DNA from: Campylobacterota bacterium
Lineage (GTDB): Bacteria > Campylobacterota > Campylobacteria > Campylobacterales > Sulfurimonadaceae
Assembly (NCBI GenBank): GCA_034717855.1
Contig: JAYEMB010000078.1
Span: forward strand, 1-41,602
Reading direction: 5' to 3'
Length of the DNA: 41,602 nt
In this document: piece by piece, positions 1 through 9,288 of the stretch
Layout of the letters: every line of letters starts with the position of its first letter
Position numbering within the stretch: position 1 is the stretch's first letter
Translations under genes and position numbers: made by a program
The notes under the pieces: model-generated
Database searches by the model: none
The model's input: only the letters and a program-made list of their open reading frames with translations
What the model was told of the DNA's origin: nothing

Positions 1-78
1 AGCTTTTGCTTCCATCTGTGCAAAAATATCGTCACATCGGCTATGGTCTGCTGATAAAAATTCTTTAATTGTACTCAT
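1..78 (-). CDS. Hemerythrin/HHE cation-binding domain protein, 5' part only (runs off the window)
   Basis: Not in the ORF track. Minus strand reads ATG at 78: MSTIKEFLSADHSRCDDIFAQMEAKA..., matching the DH-x2-(C/L)D-x2-F start of HHE-domain proteins. SD-like AAGGT at 86-90. Confidence 0.7.
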   Translation of the reverse strand, partial: MSTIKEFLSADHSRCDDIFAQMEAKA

Positions 79-95
79 AATGTTTACCTTATTTA

Positions 96-359
96 GGGCA
101 CCTCTAAAAACCCTTGCTTCCTCAGCAATATAGCAGATATGCTAATACAAGGCGAAACTACGCAGGAGCTACGAGTAGCTTCAAGTGGTTTCAACGCAGT
201 AGTAGCTTATCTGCTATAATGCCCATAGGGAGCCAAAAAGAGGAGTAATCTTGCACAGAATTTTTCATCGCCGTAGCTAAGGCTATGGCTCAAAAAAAGT
301 TATGCACAATCTTACCCCTCTTTTTGGCTCTGAGGATGTAAGGGTTTTTAGAGGTGCCC
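96..359. mobile_element. Non-autonomous miniature inverted-repeat element (MITE), 264 bp
   Basis: 30-bp terminal inverted repeats with 2 mismatches (96-125 GGGCACCTCTAAAAACCCTTGCTTCCTCAG; 330-359 CTGAGGATGTAAGGGTTTTTAGAGGTGCCC). Flanked by direct repeat TTTA (92-95, 360-363). No transposase ORF. Nested internal hairpins. Confidence 0.85.
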
Positions 360-374
360 TTTATTAATCGCGTT

Positions 375-380
375 ATTATA
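375..380 (-). promoter_or_regulatory. sigma70 -10 box (TATAAT) for the hemerythrin-like gene
   Basis: ATTATA on + strand. Removing the MITE leaves a leader of about 20-25 nt containing the SD. Confidence 0.5.
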
Positions 381-434
381 TACAAAAAAGCTAAAACTTG
401 GATTGTCATGTATCAATTAAGCTATAATCATCAG

Positions 435-1217
435 ATGATAAAAAAACTTCAATCCAAACCATTTAGCTTAGTACTATCTGGTGGTGGTGCCTTGGGCATA
501 GCAGAACTCGGTGTTATTAGTGACTTGGAAAAAGAGTCTCTTGTTCCCCGAGAGATTATTGGTACAAGTATGGGCTCTATCATAGGTGCTTGTGTAGCCA
601 TAGGAATGAGGGAGAAAGAGATATATACTCTCTTTGTAGAGTTCTCAAACATCTTCAACTGGGTAAAATTTTCTTTTACTGGAAACGCAATCATAAAGCA
701 CGAGAAGATAGAGAAAATCTTGGATGACATTTTTCATGATATACAGATAAGAGAGTCAAAAATTCCACTTAAAATTATTGCCACAAATATACTGAGTGGA
801 GAGATAAAAGTTTTTGACTCAAATGATAATGTAACGATTAAAGATGCCATTTTGGCAAGCATGGCTATACCTGGAGTATTTGAAGAAAAAACTATTCAGG
901 ATGTTATTTACAGTGATGGTTTTTTATGTGAAAACTTAGGAGTTAATCAAGCTACTAGTAGTCAAGTTTTAGCTGTGGATGTGCTTGGAAAAAATTCCTT
1001 TGAAACGCAGATGCCAAATAACTTTTTCAAAACAAGTAATGTTTTAGAGATGTTTGAAAAATCGATGAGGATTCTTATTTACAACCAAACAAAAGCTATT
1101 TTAAAGAGTTCTAGTAAAAATATCTATCTTCTAGAGCCCGATACAAAAAAGTTCAAAACTTTTCACTTTCATAGGTATGACGAACTAAAAAAACTGGGAC
1201 TGGGTTTATTATCTTAG
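435..1217 (+). CDS. Patatin-like phospholipase
   Basis: LSGGGALG glycine-rich loop, GTSMG nucleophile motif, DG(F) catalytic Asp motif. Start moved to ATG 435 because the ORF-track start lies in the MITE end and TATAAT is at 423-428. Confidence 0.88.
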   Translation: MIKKLQSKPFSLVLSGGGALGIAELGVISDLEKESLVPREIIGTSMGSIIGACVAIGMREKEIYTLFVEFSNIFNWVKFSFTGNAIIKHEKIEKILDDIFHDIQIRESKIPLKIIATNILSGEIKVFDSNDNVTIKDAILASMAIPGVFEEKTIQDVIYSDGFLCENLGVNQATSSQVLAVDVLGKNSFETQMPNNFFKTSNVLEMFEKSMRILIYNQTKAILKSSSKNIYLLEPDTKKFKTFHFHRYDELKKLGLGLLS

Positions 1218-1228
1218 ACAGGAATAGA

Positions 1229-1237
1229 TGCTATAAT
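1229..1237 (+). promoter_or_regulatory. Extended -10 promoter TGCTATAAT
   Basis: TGnTATAAT ending 32 nt before GTG 1270, with AAGGGG SD in between. Confidence 0.6.
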
Positions 1238-1269
1238 ATCTACTTATCTGAAAATATTAAGGGGAAATA

Positions 1270-1992
1270 GTGTCTGAAACATTGAGAAATAAATTTTTTA
1301 ATGCAAGCAGGGGTATGTTTGGTGATAACTCTGTAAAATATATGAATATTGAGTTAGGACTCACAAGTGTAAACTATGATGACTCGGGTTATGGTTTTGA
1401 CTGGGGGAACACAGAAAAAGGCTCAAAACTTTTAGCTTCTGCAATCTTAGCAAAAATCGGTACACCTACTATTGCCCGCGTTTATGCAGACAAATACACC
1501 CGAAGTGTCATACAAAAACTCACACAAGATAGCTGGTCTTTAGAAGCTATGGAAGTTGCAAAGTGGATAAACGAGAACACTGACCATACAATAGACATAT
1601 CTACAGACGAAAAATCACAAGAGAAAGAGAGTTTAAAAGAGGCAGAGGAGCTTGAACTAAAAGCAAAAGAAGAGAGACGGATAGAGCGTGAAAAACAATT
1701 TCAACAAGAGGTACAGAAGAGACTCAAGGAGAAAGAGACTAGAGAGAAGCTAAAAAAAGCACAAAGAGAAAAAGAGGAGAGTGACAAGAGTAAAAACGCA
1801 GTAAAACAGTATGAAGCAGAGATAAAAAAGTACAAAAACGAGATAAAAACGCAGCAACACACAATCAAAAAACAAGAGAATGAAATAGACAGATATAAGC
1901 AAAAACTAGAGAAGTACCAAAAGGTTCTTCAACTCTTAGATATTCCCGCACTGCGTAAGAAATTCACAACACTCGACGAGATAGAAATATAG
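1270..1992 (+). CDS. DUF6166-like N-terminal domain plus long coiled-coil protein
   Basis: GFDWG...GS..LA.AILA motif as in DUF6166; K/E/Q-rich helical C-terminal half. Confidence 0.6.
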   Translation: MSETLRNKFFNASRGMFGDNSVKYMNIELGLTSVNYDDSGYGFDWGNTEKGSKLLASAILAKIGTPTIARVYADKYTRSVIQKLTQDSWSLEAMEVAKWINENTDHTIDISTDEKSQEKESLKEAEELELKAKEERRIEREKQFQQEVQKRLKEKETREKLKKAQREKEESDKSKNAVKQYEAEIKKYKNEIKTQQHTIKKQENEIDRYKQKLEKYQKVLQLLDIPALRKKFTTLDEIEI

Positions 1993-2056
1993 TTTAAACC
2001 ACCTTTTACTATTTTAAACTATAATATCCTTTTAAAACAATAGTGGATTAACTCAT

Positions 2057-3367
2057 ATGAAAAATAAAAAATTTATTACCCTTGGTTTTGTTTCAGCTAC
2101 TTTAGCTGTTTCACTACTCTTCTCCTCAAATCTATTCGCTCAGAGCTCAGTAGAGGATGTTGAGGCTTCAAGACTTCAATCATTAGCGAAGTTTACAAAA
2201 GTAATCAGTATAGTTGAGCAGTACAATGTTGATGAAATAACTATTGAAGAGTTAATGGACAAAGCGCTCGATGGTATGCTTAAAAACCTTGATGCACACT
2301 CCAACTACCTCACTCAAAAAGATTATAAAAAACTAAAAGTGCAAACAAGTGGAGAGTTTGGTGGACTTGGAATCACTGTGGGTATCAAAGATGGAGCCCT
2401 TACAGTAATCGCACCTATTGACGGAACACCTGCTGACAAAGCTGGTCTAAAGTCCGGTGACATCATCTTGAAAATCGATGATAAATCAACTATTAGCATG
2501 ACTATTGATGAAGCTGTTTCACTCATGCGTGGAAAAGTTGGTGCACCGATAGATTTGGCAATAGTCCGCAAAGGTGAGAGCAAACCTTTAGATATTCATA
2601 TTGTTCGTGGAAACATTACAATCGAATCAGTACACGCTAAGAGAATAGGCGATGATGTTTTATATGTTAGAGTTGCTAGTTTTGACCAAAAAGTAGCAGC
2701 TGATGTAGCCAAAGAGATTAAAAAAACTCAGGCAAGCACAAAGGGTATTGTTCTTGACTTGAGAAACAATCCCGGTGGACTTCTTGACCAAGCAGTTGAC
2801 TTAGTGGATCTCTTTGTAGATGATGGGGTTATAGTTTCTCAGAAGGGACGCCAAAAGCGTGATGAAAAGATATACTCCGCTTCAAAAAGTAAAACGATAA
2901 CAGAAGTACCGATGGTCGTTCTCATCAATGGAGGAAGTGCTAGTGCATCTGAGATTGTGAGTGGTGCTCTTCAAGATCATAAACGCGCAGTGACACTTGG
3001 TGAAAACACTTTTGGAAAAGGGAGTGTTCAAGTTGTACTTCCTATTACAGAAAAAGAGGCTATCAAACTTACTATCGCTAGATACTACCTTCCAAGTGGC
3101 AGAACTATTCAAGCTGTTGGTGTGAAGCCTGACATCAATGTACTTCCGGGTGAAGTGAAGACTCATGAGAATGGCTTCGCTATCAAAGAGGCTGATTTGA
3201 AAAAACACTTAGAAGAAGAGCTTGTAAAGGTTAATGGGGAAAAAGAAGAGAAAAAAGAAGATGCCCAAGAGAAAAAAGATATAATTACGATAGAGATGCT
3301 AAACAAAGATATTCAACTCAAAGAGGCAGTGGATATCATAAAAGCTTTAGTAATAATACAAGGATAG
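2057..3367 (+). CDS. ctpA: Carboxyl-terminal processing protease, S41A family
   Basis: Signal peptide, PDZ (FGGLGI), [23 protein letters not shown] motifs. TATAAT at 2020-2025. Confidence 0.95.
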   Translation: MKNKKFITLGFVSATLAVSLLFSSNLFAQSSVEDVEASRLQSLAKFTKVISIVEQYNVDEITIEELMDKALDGMLKNLDAHSNYLTQKDYKKLKVQTSGEFGGLGITVGIKDGALTVIAPIDGTPADKAGLKSGDIILKIDDKSTISMTIDEAVSLMRGKVGAPIDLAIVRKGESKPLDIHIVRGNITIESVHAKRIGDDVLYVRVASFDQKVAADVAKEIKKTQASTKGIVLDLRNNPGGLLDQAVDLVDLFVDDGVIVSQKGRQKRDEKIYSASKSKTITEVPMVVLINGGSASASEIVSGALQDHKRAVTLGENTFGKGSVQVVLPITEKEAIKLTIARYYLPSGRTIQAVGVKPDINVLPGEVKTHENGFAIKEADLKKHLEEELVKVNGEKEEKKEDAQEKKDIITIEMLNKDIQLKEAVDIIKALVIIQG

Positions 3368-3374
3368 AAAAGTA

Positions 3375-4091
3375 ATGCAAAAGAAAGAACTACTATACGA
3401 AGGAAAAGCAAAAAGACTTTTTTTAACTGAGGATGAAAATTTAGTAATCTCAGAATTTAAAGATGACTTAACTGCGTTTAATGGTGAAAAGAAATCAAGT
3501 GAAGCTGGTAAAGGCGCACTTAACAACAAAATCTCAACGGAACTTTTTAAACTTCTGGAGTCAAAAGGTATTCAAACACACTTCGTAGAGATGATGGATG
3601 ACAACCATATGCTTCACAAAAAAGTTGATGTTATTCTTATTGAGGTAATTGTTAGAAATATCGCAACTGGTTCTCTTACTCGTAACCTTGGGATAGAAGA
3701 TGGAAAAGTTCTCCCTTTTACTCTAGTGGAGTTTGATTATAAAAATGATGATCTAGGTGACCCTAAGCTTAATGACCAGCATGCGCTTATTTTAGAGTTA
3801 GTTGATCATCAAGATGAGCTTGATAAGCTTCGTCGCATGGCTAGAGAGATAAATGACATATTAAAACCTTACTTCGCAGAGAAAGGTCTTAATCTTGTTG
3901 ACTTCAAACTGGAGTTTGGAAAAGACTCAAATGGAAACATTATCTTAGTTGATGAAATCTCACCTGACAACTGTCGTTTTTGGGATATTGAGAGTGGTGA
4001 AAAAATGGATAAAGACAGGTTCCGTCAAGGTCTTGGTGGATTAACAGTAGCTTACGAGCAAGTATTAAATAGAATATTAGGAAAACAGTAA
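3375..4091 (+). CDS. purC: SAICAR synthetase
   Basis: [32 protein letters not shown] motifs. Confidence 0.98.
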   Translation: MQKKELLYEGKAKRLFLTEDENLVISEFKDDLTAFNGEKKSSEAGKGALNNKISTELFKLLESKGIQTHFVEMMDDNHMLHKKVDVILIEVIVRNIATGSLTRNLGIEDGKVLPFTLVEFDYKNDDLGDPKLNDQHALILELVDHQDELDKLRRMAREINDILKPYFAEKGLNLVDFKLEFGKDSNGNIILVDEISPDNCRFWDIESGEKMDKDRFRQGLGGLTVAYEQVLNRILGKQ

Positions 4092-4333
4092 TGATAAAAG
4101 CAATAGTAAACATATCTCTTAAAGCGGGTGTTTTAGACTCTCAAGGTAAAGCGGTTCACCACGCACTCGATTCACTTCATTTTAAAGGTGTGGATGACGT
4201 TCGTGTTGGAAAGCAGATTATCTTAAAACTAGATACTGATGACAAAACAGTAGCGATGAATGATGTTACTAAGATGTGTGAAGAACTTTTAGCAAATACT
4301 GTAATAGAAGATTACGAGATAGAGTTAGTATAA
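4091..4333 (+). CDS. purS: FGAM synthase subunit PurS
   Basis: VLDSQGKAV, VRVGK, LLANTVIEDY; lies between purC and purQ. Confidence 0.97.
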   Translation: MIKAIVNISLKAGVLDSQGKAVHHALDSLHFKGVDDVRVGKQIILKLDTDDKTVAMNDVTKMCEELLANTVIEDYEIELV

Positions 4334-5007
4334 TGAAAGTAACTATTTTACAGTTTCCAGGTACAAACTGTGAGTATGATACTCAACACGCTTTTGAAGG
4401 ACTGGGTGCTACTACTGAGATAGTTTGGCACAAAGAGGAGTCTATTCCAAGTGATACAAATCTTTTAGTTGTAGCTGGTGGTTTTTCGTATGGTGACTAC
4501 CTAAGAAGTGGTGCTATAGCTAAGTTCTCTCCTGTTATGAAAGCTGTGTCTGAATACGCAAATAAGGGCGGAAAAGTTTTAGGGATCTGTAACGGTTTTC
4601 AAGTTTTAACAGAAGCAGGATTACTTCCGGGTGCTTTAAAACGCAATGATAATCTTCACTTTATATCTAAACACCACACTTTAAAAGTTGAAAATAACGA
4701 TAACATCTTTTTAGAAAAACTCTCTAAAGGTGATGTTGTAAATATTCCTATCGCTCATCACGATGGAAACTACTTTATCGACCCTGATGGACTCAAAGAG
4801 TTATATGCAAATAACCAAGTTCTTTTAACTTACTCCGATGAGAACGGTGAAGTTAAAAACCCTAACGGTAGCGTTGATTCTATCGCAGGTATCTGCAACA
4901 AAAATAAAAATGTATTTGGTCTTATGCCTCACCCTGAACGTGCTATGGAGAGTATCCTTGGTTCAGACGATGGTATTAAAATGCTCCAAGGTTTTTTAAG
5001 CGCATAA
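4333..5007 (+). CDS. purQ: FGAM synthase glutaminase subunit
   Basis: FPGTNC, GGFSYGDYLRSG, GICNGFQ, GLMPHPER. Confidence 0.98.
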   Translation: MKVTILQFPGTNCEYDTQHAFEGLGATTEIVWHKEESIPSDTNLLVVAGGFSYGDYLRSGAIAKFSPVMKAVSEYANKGGKVLGICNGFQVLTEAGLLPGALKRNDNLHFISKHHTLKVENNDNIFLEKLSKGDVVNIPIAHHDGNYFIDPDGLKELYANNQVLLTYSDENGEVKNPNGSVDSIAGICNKNKNVFGLMPHPERAMESILGSDDGIKMLQGFLSA

Positions 5008-6119
5008 TGAAACTTCTTTTACTCTCTCTTCTTTTTATATCTTCACTCTTAGCTAATAAAGTTATCTATCTTAGCTACGATGAAGTACCTCAAAGAGTAG
5101 TAAAGGGAGAGATATTTTCAGTCACACTCAAAGCACTCTCCACTGTTAGAAACTTTCAAGATATTGAGTACACATTCTCAAATGAAACTGGGCTAGAGAT
5201 TTTAAATACTACTCCATACAGAGAAGTAAAAGGAAAGTACTACTATGAAACTTTTTATTTCTCAACAACTGCAAGTCAGGCTAAACTTCCAGATATTGAA
5301 GCCACTCTTGTTACCTTAGATGACTATATAGGACTAGGAAGCAACCCAACTGAAATTATAGATGTTGATGATTACAATAATAGCGATGAGCTTAATGACA
5401 CAACACTCTTAATCGGTGCTAAGTTAAACGTAATAACACTCAACCCAAAAAAGAACTTTTCAAATATCATTGCAAACACTTTTGAGTTGGTTGAGTATAA
5501 AACAACTACTTATGACAACAACCATAATATCATCGTTTTTGTAGCTACAGCGACTAACTCCGATATAGAGAAGATGAACTTTCAAGGCGTATTTAAACAA
5601 GGGATTGAGTCTGTTACTGCCTCATATTTTGACTCTAGAATAACCTACTATCTTGTCATAAAAAAACAGATTGAGAACTTCTCATTTAGCTATTTTGATT
5701 TAACTAGAAACAGATTTATCCGTATAAATATTCCTATTATTGTTGATGATGATAGTGTAACTACTCAAAGTGACATAAAACCAAAAGATCAGTCTCGAGT
5801 CGTCCTAAAGATGCAAATTGCAGCTGCTGTAGCTTTTATAGGATTTGTATTTATTCTTTGGAGAAAGAAATATATATATTTAGTATTTATTTTGATACCG
5901 CTTGTATATATAATATATCTCTCTATACCCGCTAAAGAGATATGTGTAAAAGAGGGCTCACAAATCCACCTGCTTCCCGTAGATAATGGAACAATATTTC
6001 AGACAACATACTCTCAGCACTATTTTCAAAAAGAGGGTAATACAAAGAGGTTTATAAAAGTAAAGTTGAAAAATGAAAGAATAGGATGGGTAAAAAATGA
6101 AGATATTTGCTCACTTTAA
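5007..6119 (+). CDS. Conserved exported/membrane protein, possible C-terminal SH3-like domain
   Basis: Signal peptide, two late TM helices, C-terminal ..IKVKL....IGWVK. Translationally coupled to purQ and plsC. Confidence 0.65.
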   Translation: MKLLLLSLLFISSLLANKVIYLSYDEVPQRVVKGEIFSVTLKALSTVRNFQDIEYTFSNETGLEILNTTPYREVKGKYYYETFYFSTTASQAKLPDIEATLVTLDDYIGLGSNPTEIIDVDDYNNSDELNDTTLLIGAKLNVITLNPKKNFSNIIANTFELVEYKTTTYDNNHNIIVFVATATNSDIEKMNFQGVFKQGIESVTASYFDSRITYYLVIKKQIENFSFSYFDLTRNRFIRINIPIIVDDDSVTTQSDIKPKDQSRVVLKMQIAAAVAFIGFVFILWRKKYIYLVFILIPLVYIIYLSIPAKEICVKEGSQIHLLPVDNGTIFQTTYSQHYFQKEGNTKRFIKVKLKNERIGWVKNEDICSL

Positions 6120-6795
6120 CTGGTTTATTGCTACAACAATAATCTTTATATCCTTAGCACTCTCTATCCTTCTCTACCCAATTCTTCCAAGACCTATGCC
6201 TAGAAAATTTTCTGCTTGGCTTATCCGTATAATTATATTTTTCAGAGTTGACATAGAGGGAGAAGAGGACCCAGCAGCTCAAATGTACCTTATCAACCAT
6301 CAGAGTGATTTAGATATTGGTATAATGGAGACAGTTTCAAAAAAAGATCTCTCTTGGGTTGCAAAAAAAGAGCTCTTTGATGTTCCATTTTTCGGACTTG
6401 CGATGAGTCTACCAGAAGATATCCCTATCGAGAGACAGAGTAAGACCTCACTTATTAGGCTACTAAGAAATGCCAAAAATAGACTTAATAAAGGTAGAGT
6501 TATAACGATGTTTCCAGAGGGCACTCGCTCCAAAAATGGGAAAATGTTACCATTTAAATCTGGTGCAAAAGTGGTTGCCGACAAGTATCAACTCAAAGTA
6601 CAACCAATAGTCTTAATGCAGACAGCAAAATATTATAATATCAAAAAATTTTATTATAAACCGGGTCGTATTAAAGTTATCTTTTTAGACTCATTTATAG
6701 CAGACAAGAGTGATGAAAACTGGTTAAAAGAGTTAAGAGTAAAAATGCAAAAGGTATATGACAGTGAGCTGGCAAACAATCCTAGCGATAGGTAG
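6097..6795 (+). CDS. plsC: 1-acyl-sn-glycerol-3-phosphate acyltransferase
   Basis: NHQSDLD, AKKEL, FPEGTRS, FKSG motifs. Confidence 0.93.
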   Translation: MKIFAHFNWFIATTIIFISLALSILLYPILPRPMPRKFSAWLIRIIIFFRVDIEGEEDPAAQMYLINHQSDLDIGIMETVSKKDLSWVAKKELFDVPFFGLAMSLPEDIPIERQSKTSLIRLLRNAKNRLNKGRVITMFPEGTRSKNGKMLPFKSGAKVVADKYQLKVQPIVLMQTAKYYNIKKFYYKPGRIKVIFLDSFIADKSDENWLKELRVKMQKVYDSELANNPSDR

Positions 6796-7150
6796 CGGTG
6801 GTTTTTTAGGTGCTGTTCTACGTGCTTATCTCAATGGTCTAATCTCACACAAGCTACCCCATGATCTTCCCTATGGAACTTTAGGTGTAAACCTTATAGG
6901 TAGTTTTTTGATGGGTATGCTCATCGCCTATTTTATGTACACAAATATATTTTCACTGCATGCTAAATCTTTTCTCTCAACTGGAGTACTGGGTGCACTA
7001 ACAACCTACTCTACTTTTGCAGTAGAGAGTCTTTTACTTCTACAGGGTGGACACATTTTACTTGCTGCAGCAAATGTCTCACTAAACGCAATAGGTAGCG
7101 TTTTCATGGCAGGTGGAGGATTCTATCTGGCGAAATACTTTTTAAGATAA
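6758..7150 (+). CDS. crcB: Fluoride efflux channel Fluc/CrcB
   Basis: GGFLGAVLR, PYGTLGVNLIGSF, GVLGALTTYSTF. Confidence 0.96.
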   Translation: MTVSWQTILAIGSGGFLGAVLRAYLNGLISHKLPHDLPYGTLGVNLIGSFLMGMLIAYFMYTNIFSLHAKSFLSTGVLGALTTYSTFAVESLLLLQGGHILLAAANVSLNAIGSVFMAGGGFYLAKYFLR

Positions 7151-7153
7151 CTC

Positions 7154-7723
7154 TTATATCTTTATAATCTCATCAGCACACCAAGATGCCAACTCCATAT
7201 CGTGTGTGATTAGAAGTATTCCCATTCCATCCAAATGTCCCATTAACATTTTCATAATATCCAACTGCACAACATTATCCAAAGCAGATGTCGGCTCATC
7301 AAGCAGTAGCAACTCAGGCTTCATTAGCATTGCACGTAAAATAGAAGCGCGCTGAAGCTGTCCCCCTGAAAGCTCATGTGGAAGTTTTAAGAGAAGTTCA
7401 TACTCTAAATTTACACTTTCAAGATAGTAGTCAAGTTCATCTAAAGAGCTAACATCCTCTATCTGATTTAAGAGTGAATACGAGGGGTGAAAAGAGCTGT
7501 ATGGGTCTTGAAAAACTTCAGAGAGTTTAGCTGACTCCAGAGTTCCAGAGGAGGCTTTGAGGTTATTTAAAATAAGTTCAAAGAGTGTACTCTTCCCAGC
7601 ACCACTCTCCCCTACTATAGCTTTCACTTCACCTTTTTTCAAAGTCAAGGAGAAGTCATCAAAGAGCAGGTTCTCTTTTTTATACCCAAAAGAGATATTT
7701 TTAAGCTCTAAAACATTACTCAA
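7154..7723 (-). CDS. Stand-alone ABC ATP-binding protein
   Basis: Walker A GESGAGKST, FQDP, PHELSGGQLQR, LLLLDEPTSALD, ITHD. No adjacent permease. Confidence 0.9.
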   Translation of the reverse strand: MSNVLELKNISFGYKKENLLFDDFSLTLKKGEVKAIVGESGAGKSTLFELILNNLKASSGTLESAKLSEVFQDPYSSFHPSYSLLNQIEDVSSLDELDYYLESVNLEYELLLKLPHELSGGQLQRASILRAMLMKPELLLLDEPTSALDNVVQLDIMKMLMGHLDGMGILLITHDMELASWCADEIIKI

Positions 7724-7742
7724 AAGCTATATCTTTATGCGT

Positions 7743-8432
7743 TTATTTATTAAAGGCAAAGTAAGCTTTTGCAAGCTCTTTATATAGCTGTTCAGGTTTT
7801 ATGTCGCCATTCTCTTCCCAAACTCTTTTCATTACTACGTTATCCTCTTCTCCATCCCAAACCTTGATATAACTACCATCTTTATAGCCATTATCTTGAC
7901 GGAACTGATTGAGAATATTTTTTCCAACATAGAGACGATAGAGGGTCTCTAAGTTCAGAGCACTCATTAAGGCTAAATCAAAAAACTGACTTAACATCTC
8001 TTCAAGTTTCAACTCACCCTCTTCTAAAGATAGACGGATAATATTTTCAACTTTTTCAATCACTCTATCTTGAACACCAAAACTACTGTTTTGCGTATCT
8101 ATAGTAGAGAAACTTGGAAGTTCTGAGATATTGATTGCTAAATCCTCGATACCACCTTTAAAGTTTAAAGAGTAGTTCTCTATAGCTAAACTCATAATAA
8201 AGTGCCATACATCAACAACTTCTATCTGTAAGTTATCCCAATCGGGCTCTTTATTTATACTCTTCCAGTGTTTCCATGAAAAAGAGTCAACCATCTCTGC
8301 GCACTCCATATATATACAGCGTCTCCAGTTGATAGTCTTACCATTTTTAGTAACACCTTTTGTCCAATCCTCTCCATTTGTTGAGTCATTCAACTGAGCC
8401 TGAAGTTGTAGCATAAGTAGTATCTTGTCCAT
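7743..8432 (-). CDS. dut: Dimeric (all-alpha) dUTP diphosphatase, Campylobacter type
   Basis: WKHWK, EVVDVWHF, Y.GKNILN.FRQ.NGYKDGSYIKVW.G.EDN motifs. Start set to MDKILL (ATG 8432). Confidence 0.92.
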   Translation of the reverse strand: MDKILLMLQLQAQLNDSTNGEDWTKGVTKNGKTINWRRCIYMECAEMVDSFSWKHWKSINKEPDWDNLQIEVVDVWHFIMSLAIENYSLNFKGGIEDLAINISELPSFSTIDTQNSSFGVQDRVIEKVENIIRLSLEEGELKLEEMLSQFFDLALMSALNLETLYRLYVGKNILNQFRQDNGYKDGSYIKVWDGEEDNVVMKRVWEENGDIKPEQLYKELAKAYFAFNK

Positions 8433-8490
8433 CTGTTTCTCTCTAAATTTTAATTCGTTTATTGTATCTAAATATGGTAAAATTCTGCCC

Positions 8491-8664
8491 ATGAAGAGAA
8501 TTAACTGTAGAAGATGTGAGCACTATTTTGTTACCTGGGAAAAGAGTAAACCACACGGCTGTAGAGCTTATGGTTTTAAGGCGCTACAGATTCCATCTCT
8601 CGTAGTTTTTCAAAGCAGTGGGGTTGAGTGTGCTCTTTTTAAACTAAAGGCTCCTGCCAAATAA
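8491..8664 (+). CDS. Small Cys-rich protein (57 aa)
   Basis: MKRINCRRCEHYFVTW...PHGCRAYGFK...PS..V..SSG.EC pattern of a widespread small family. TGGTAAAAT extended -10 at 8475-8483. Confidence 0.75.
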   Translation: MKRINCRRCEHYFVTWEKSKPHGCRAYGFKALQIPSLVVFQSSGVECALFKLKAPAK

Positions 8665-9064
8665 TCTTTTTTCCAAACCCCAGTCTATTATCGGTCATCT
8701 TAAAATAGTTTACTTTTATTTCCCAGAGTTTAGGTGAGAGCGCTCTAGCATATGGAAAAGCTTTAAAGTAGAGTTTTCTAAGCGCTTCATCTTCTAAAGC
8801 TATAAACTTTCCCCTAAACTGAACTCCTTGAATCTTACCGACACTCTGCGTTTCAAGTAGAATATTTCCAGCTATATCTGCGTTTGTCTTTATGTGCTCT
8901 ATATGCCTTGTATCATCTGAGCTTGCCACTATAAAAGATTTTGCACTTTTTGAGTAAGTATAAAATAGACTACAAACACTCAACTCTTCATCAGAAGATG
9001 TAGCCAAGCTCATAACATGATGCTCACTGAGAAAAGTTGCTATTTTTTCTAAATCTTCTTGCAC
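8639..9064 (-). CDS. Pyridoxamine 5'-phosphate oxidase-like (YhbP/UPF0306-like) split-barrel protein
   Basis: HHVMSLAT, TRH, IQGVQFRG, KMTDNRLGFGKK. Confidence 0.8.
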   Translation of the reverse strand: MQEDLEKIATFLSEHHVMSLATSSDEELSVCSLFYTYSKSAKSFIVASSDDTRHIEHIKTNADIAGNILLETQSVGKIQGVQFRGKFIALEDEALRKLYFKAFPYARALSPKLWEIKVNYFKMTDNRLGFGKKIIWQEPLV

Positions 9065-9066
9065 TC

Positions 9067-9288
9067 TTATCTCTTAAAAAGGTAGTTCTCTAAAGCTTCA
9101 TCATCACTAATTTTATGTTTTTCAAGCATCATCTGTGCTAGTGTATCAGCTGATAAAGAGGCGTAAATATCCGAAGGACATGTCATATTGTAGTAGCTCT
9201 TCATAAAATCCAAAAGTATGTCAAAGTTCTCTTTTTTATGAGAATGACTCTTATACTCTTTAAACTCATCCCAATTAATTTGTATCAT
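9067..9288 (-). CDS. Hypothetical protein (73 aa)
   Basis: Overlaps the upstream gene end, GGAG SD, 2 nt from the next gene. Confidence 0.7.
   Translation of the reverse strand: MIQINWDEFKEYKSHSHKKENFDILLDFMKSYYNMTCPSDIYASLSADTLAQMMLEKHKISDDEALENYLFKR

Noticed and set aside
354-434. ORF-track N-terminal extensions (354, 8425, 8492, 12524, 27910, 32298, 35964)
   Set aside because: They run through promoters, the MITE end or neighbouring genes; better-supported starts lie downstream.
6700-6760. Fluoride riboswitch upstream of crcB
   Set aside because: crcB overlaps the plsC coding end, so there is no leader, and I saw no riboswitch consensus.
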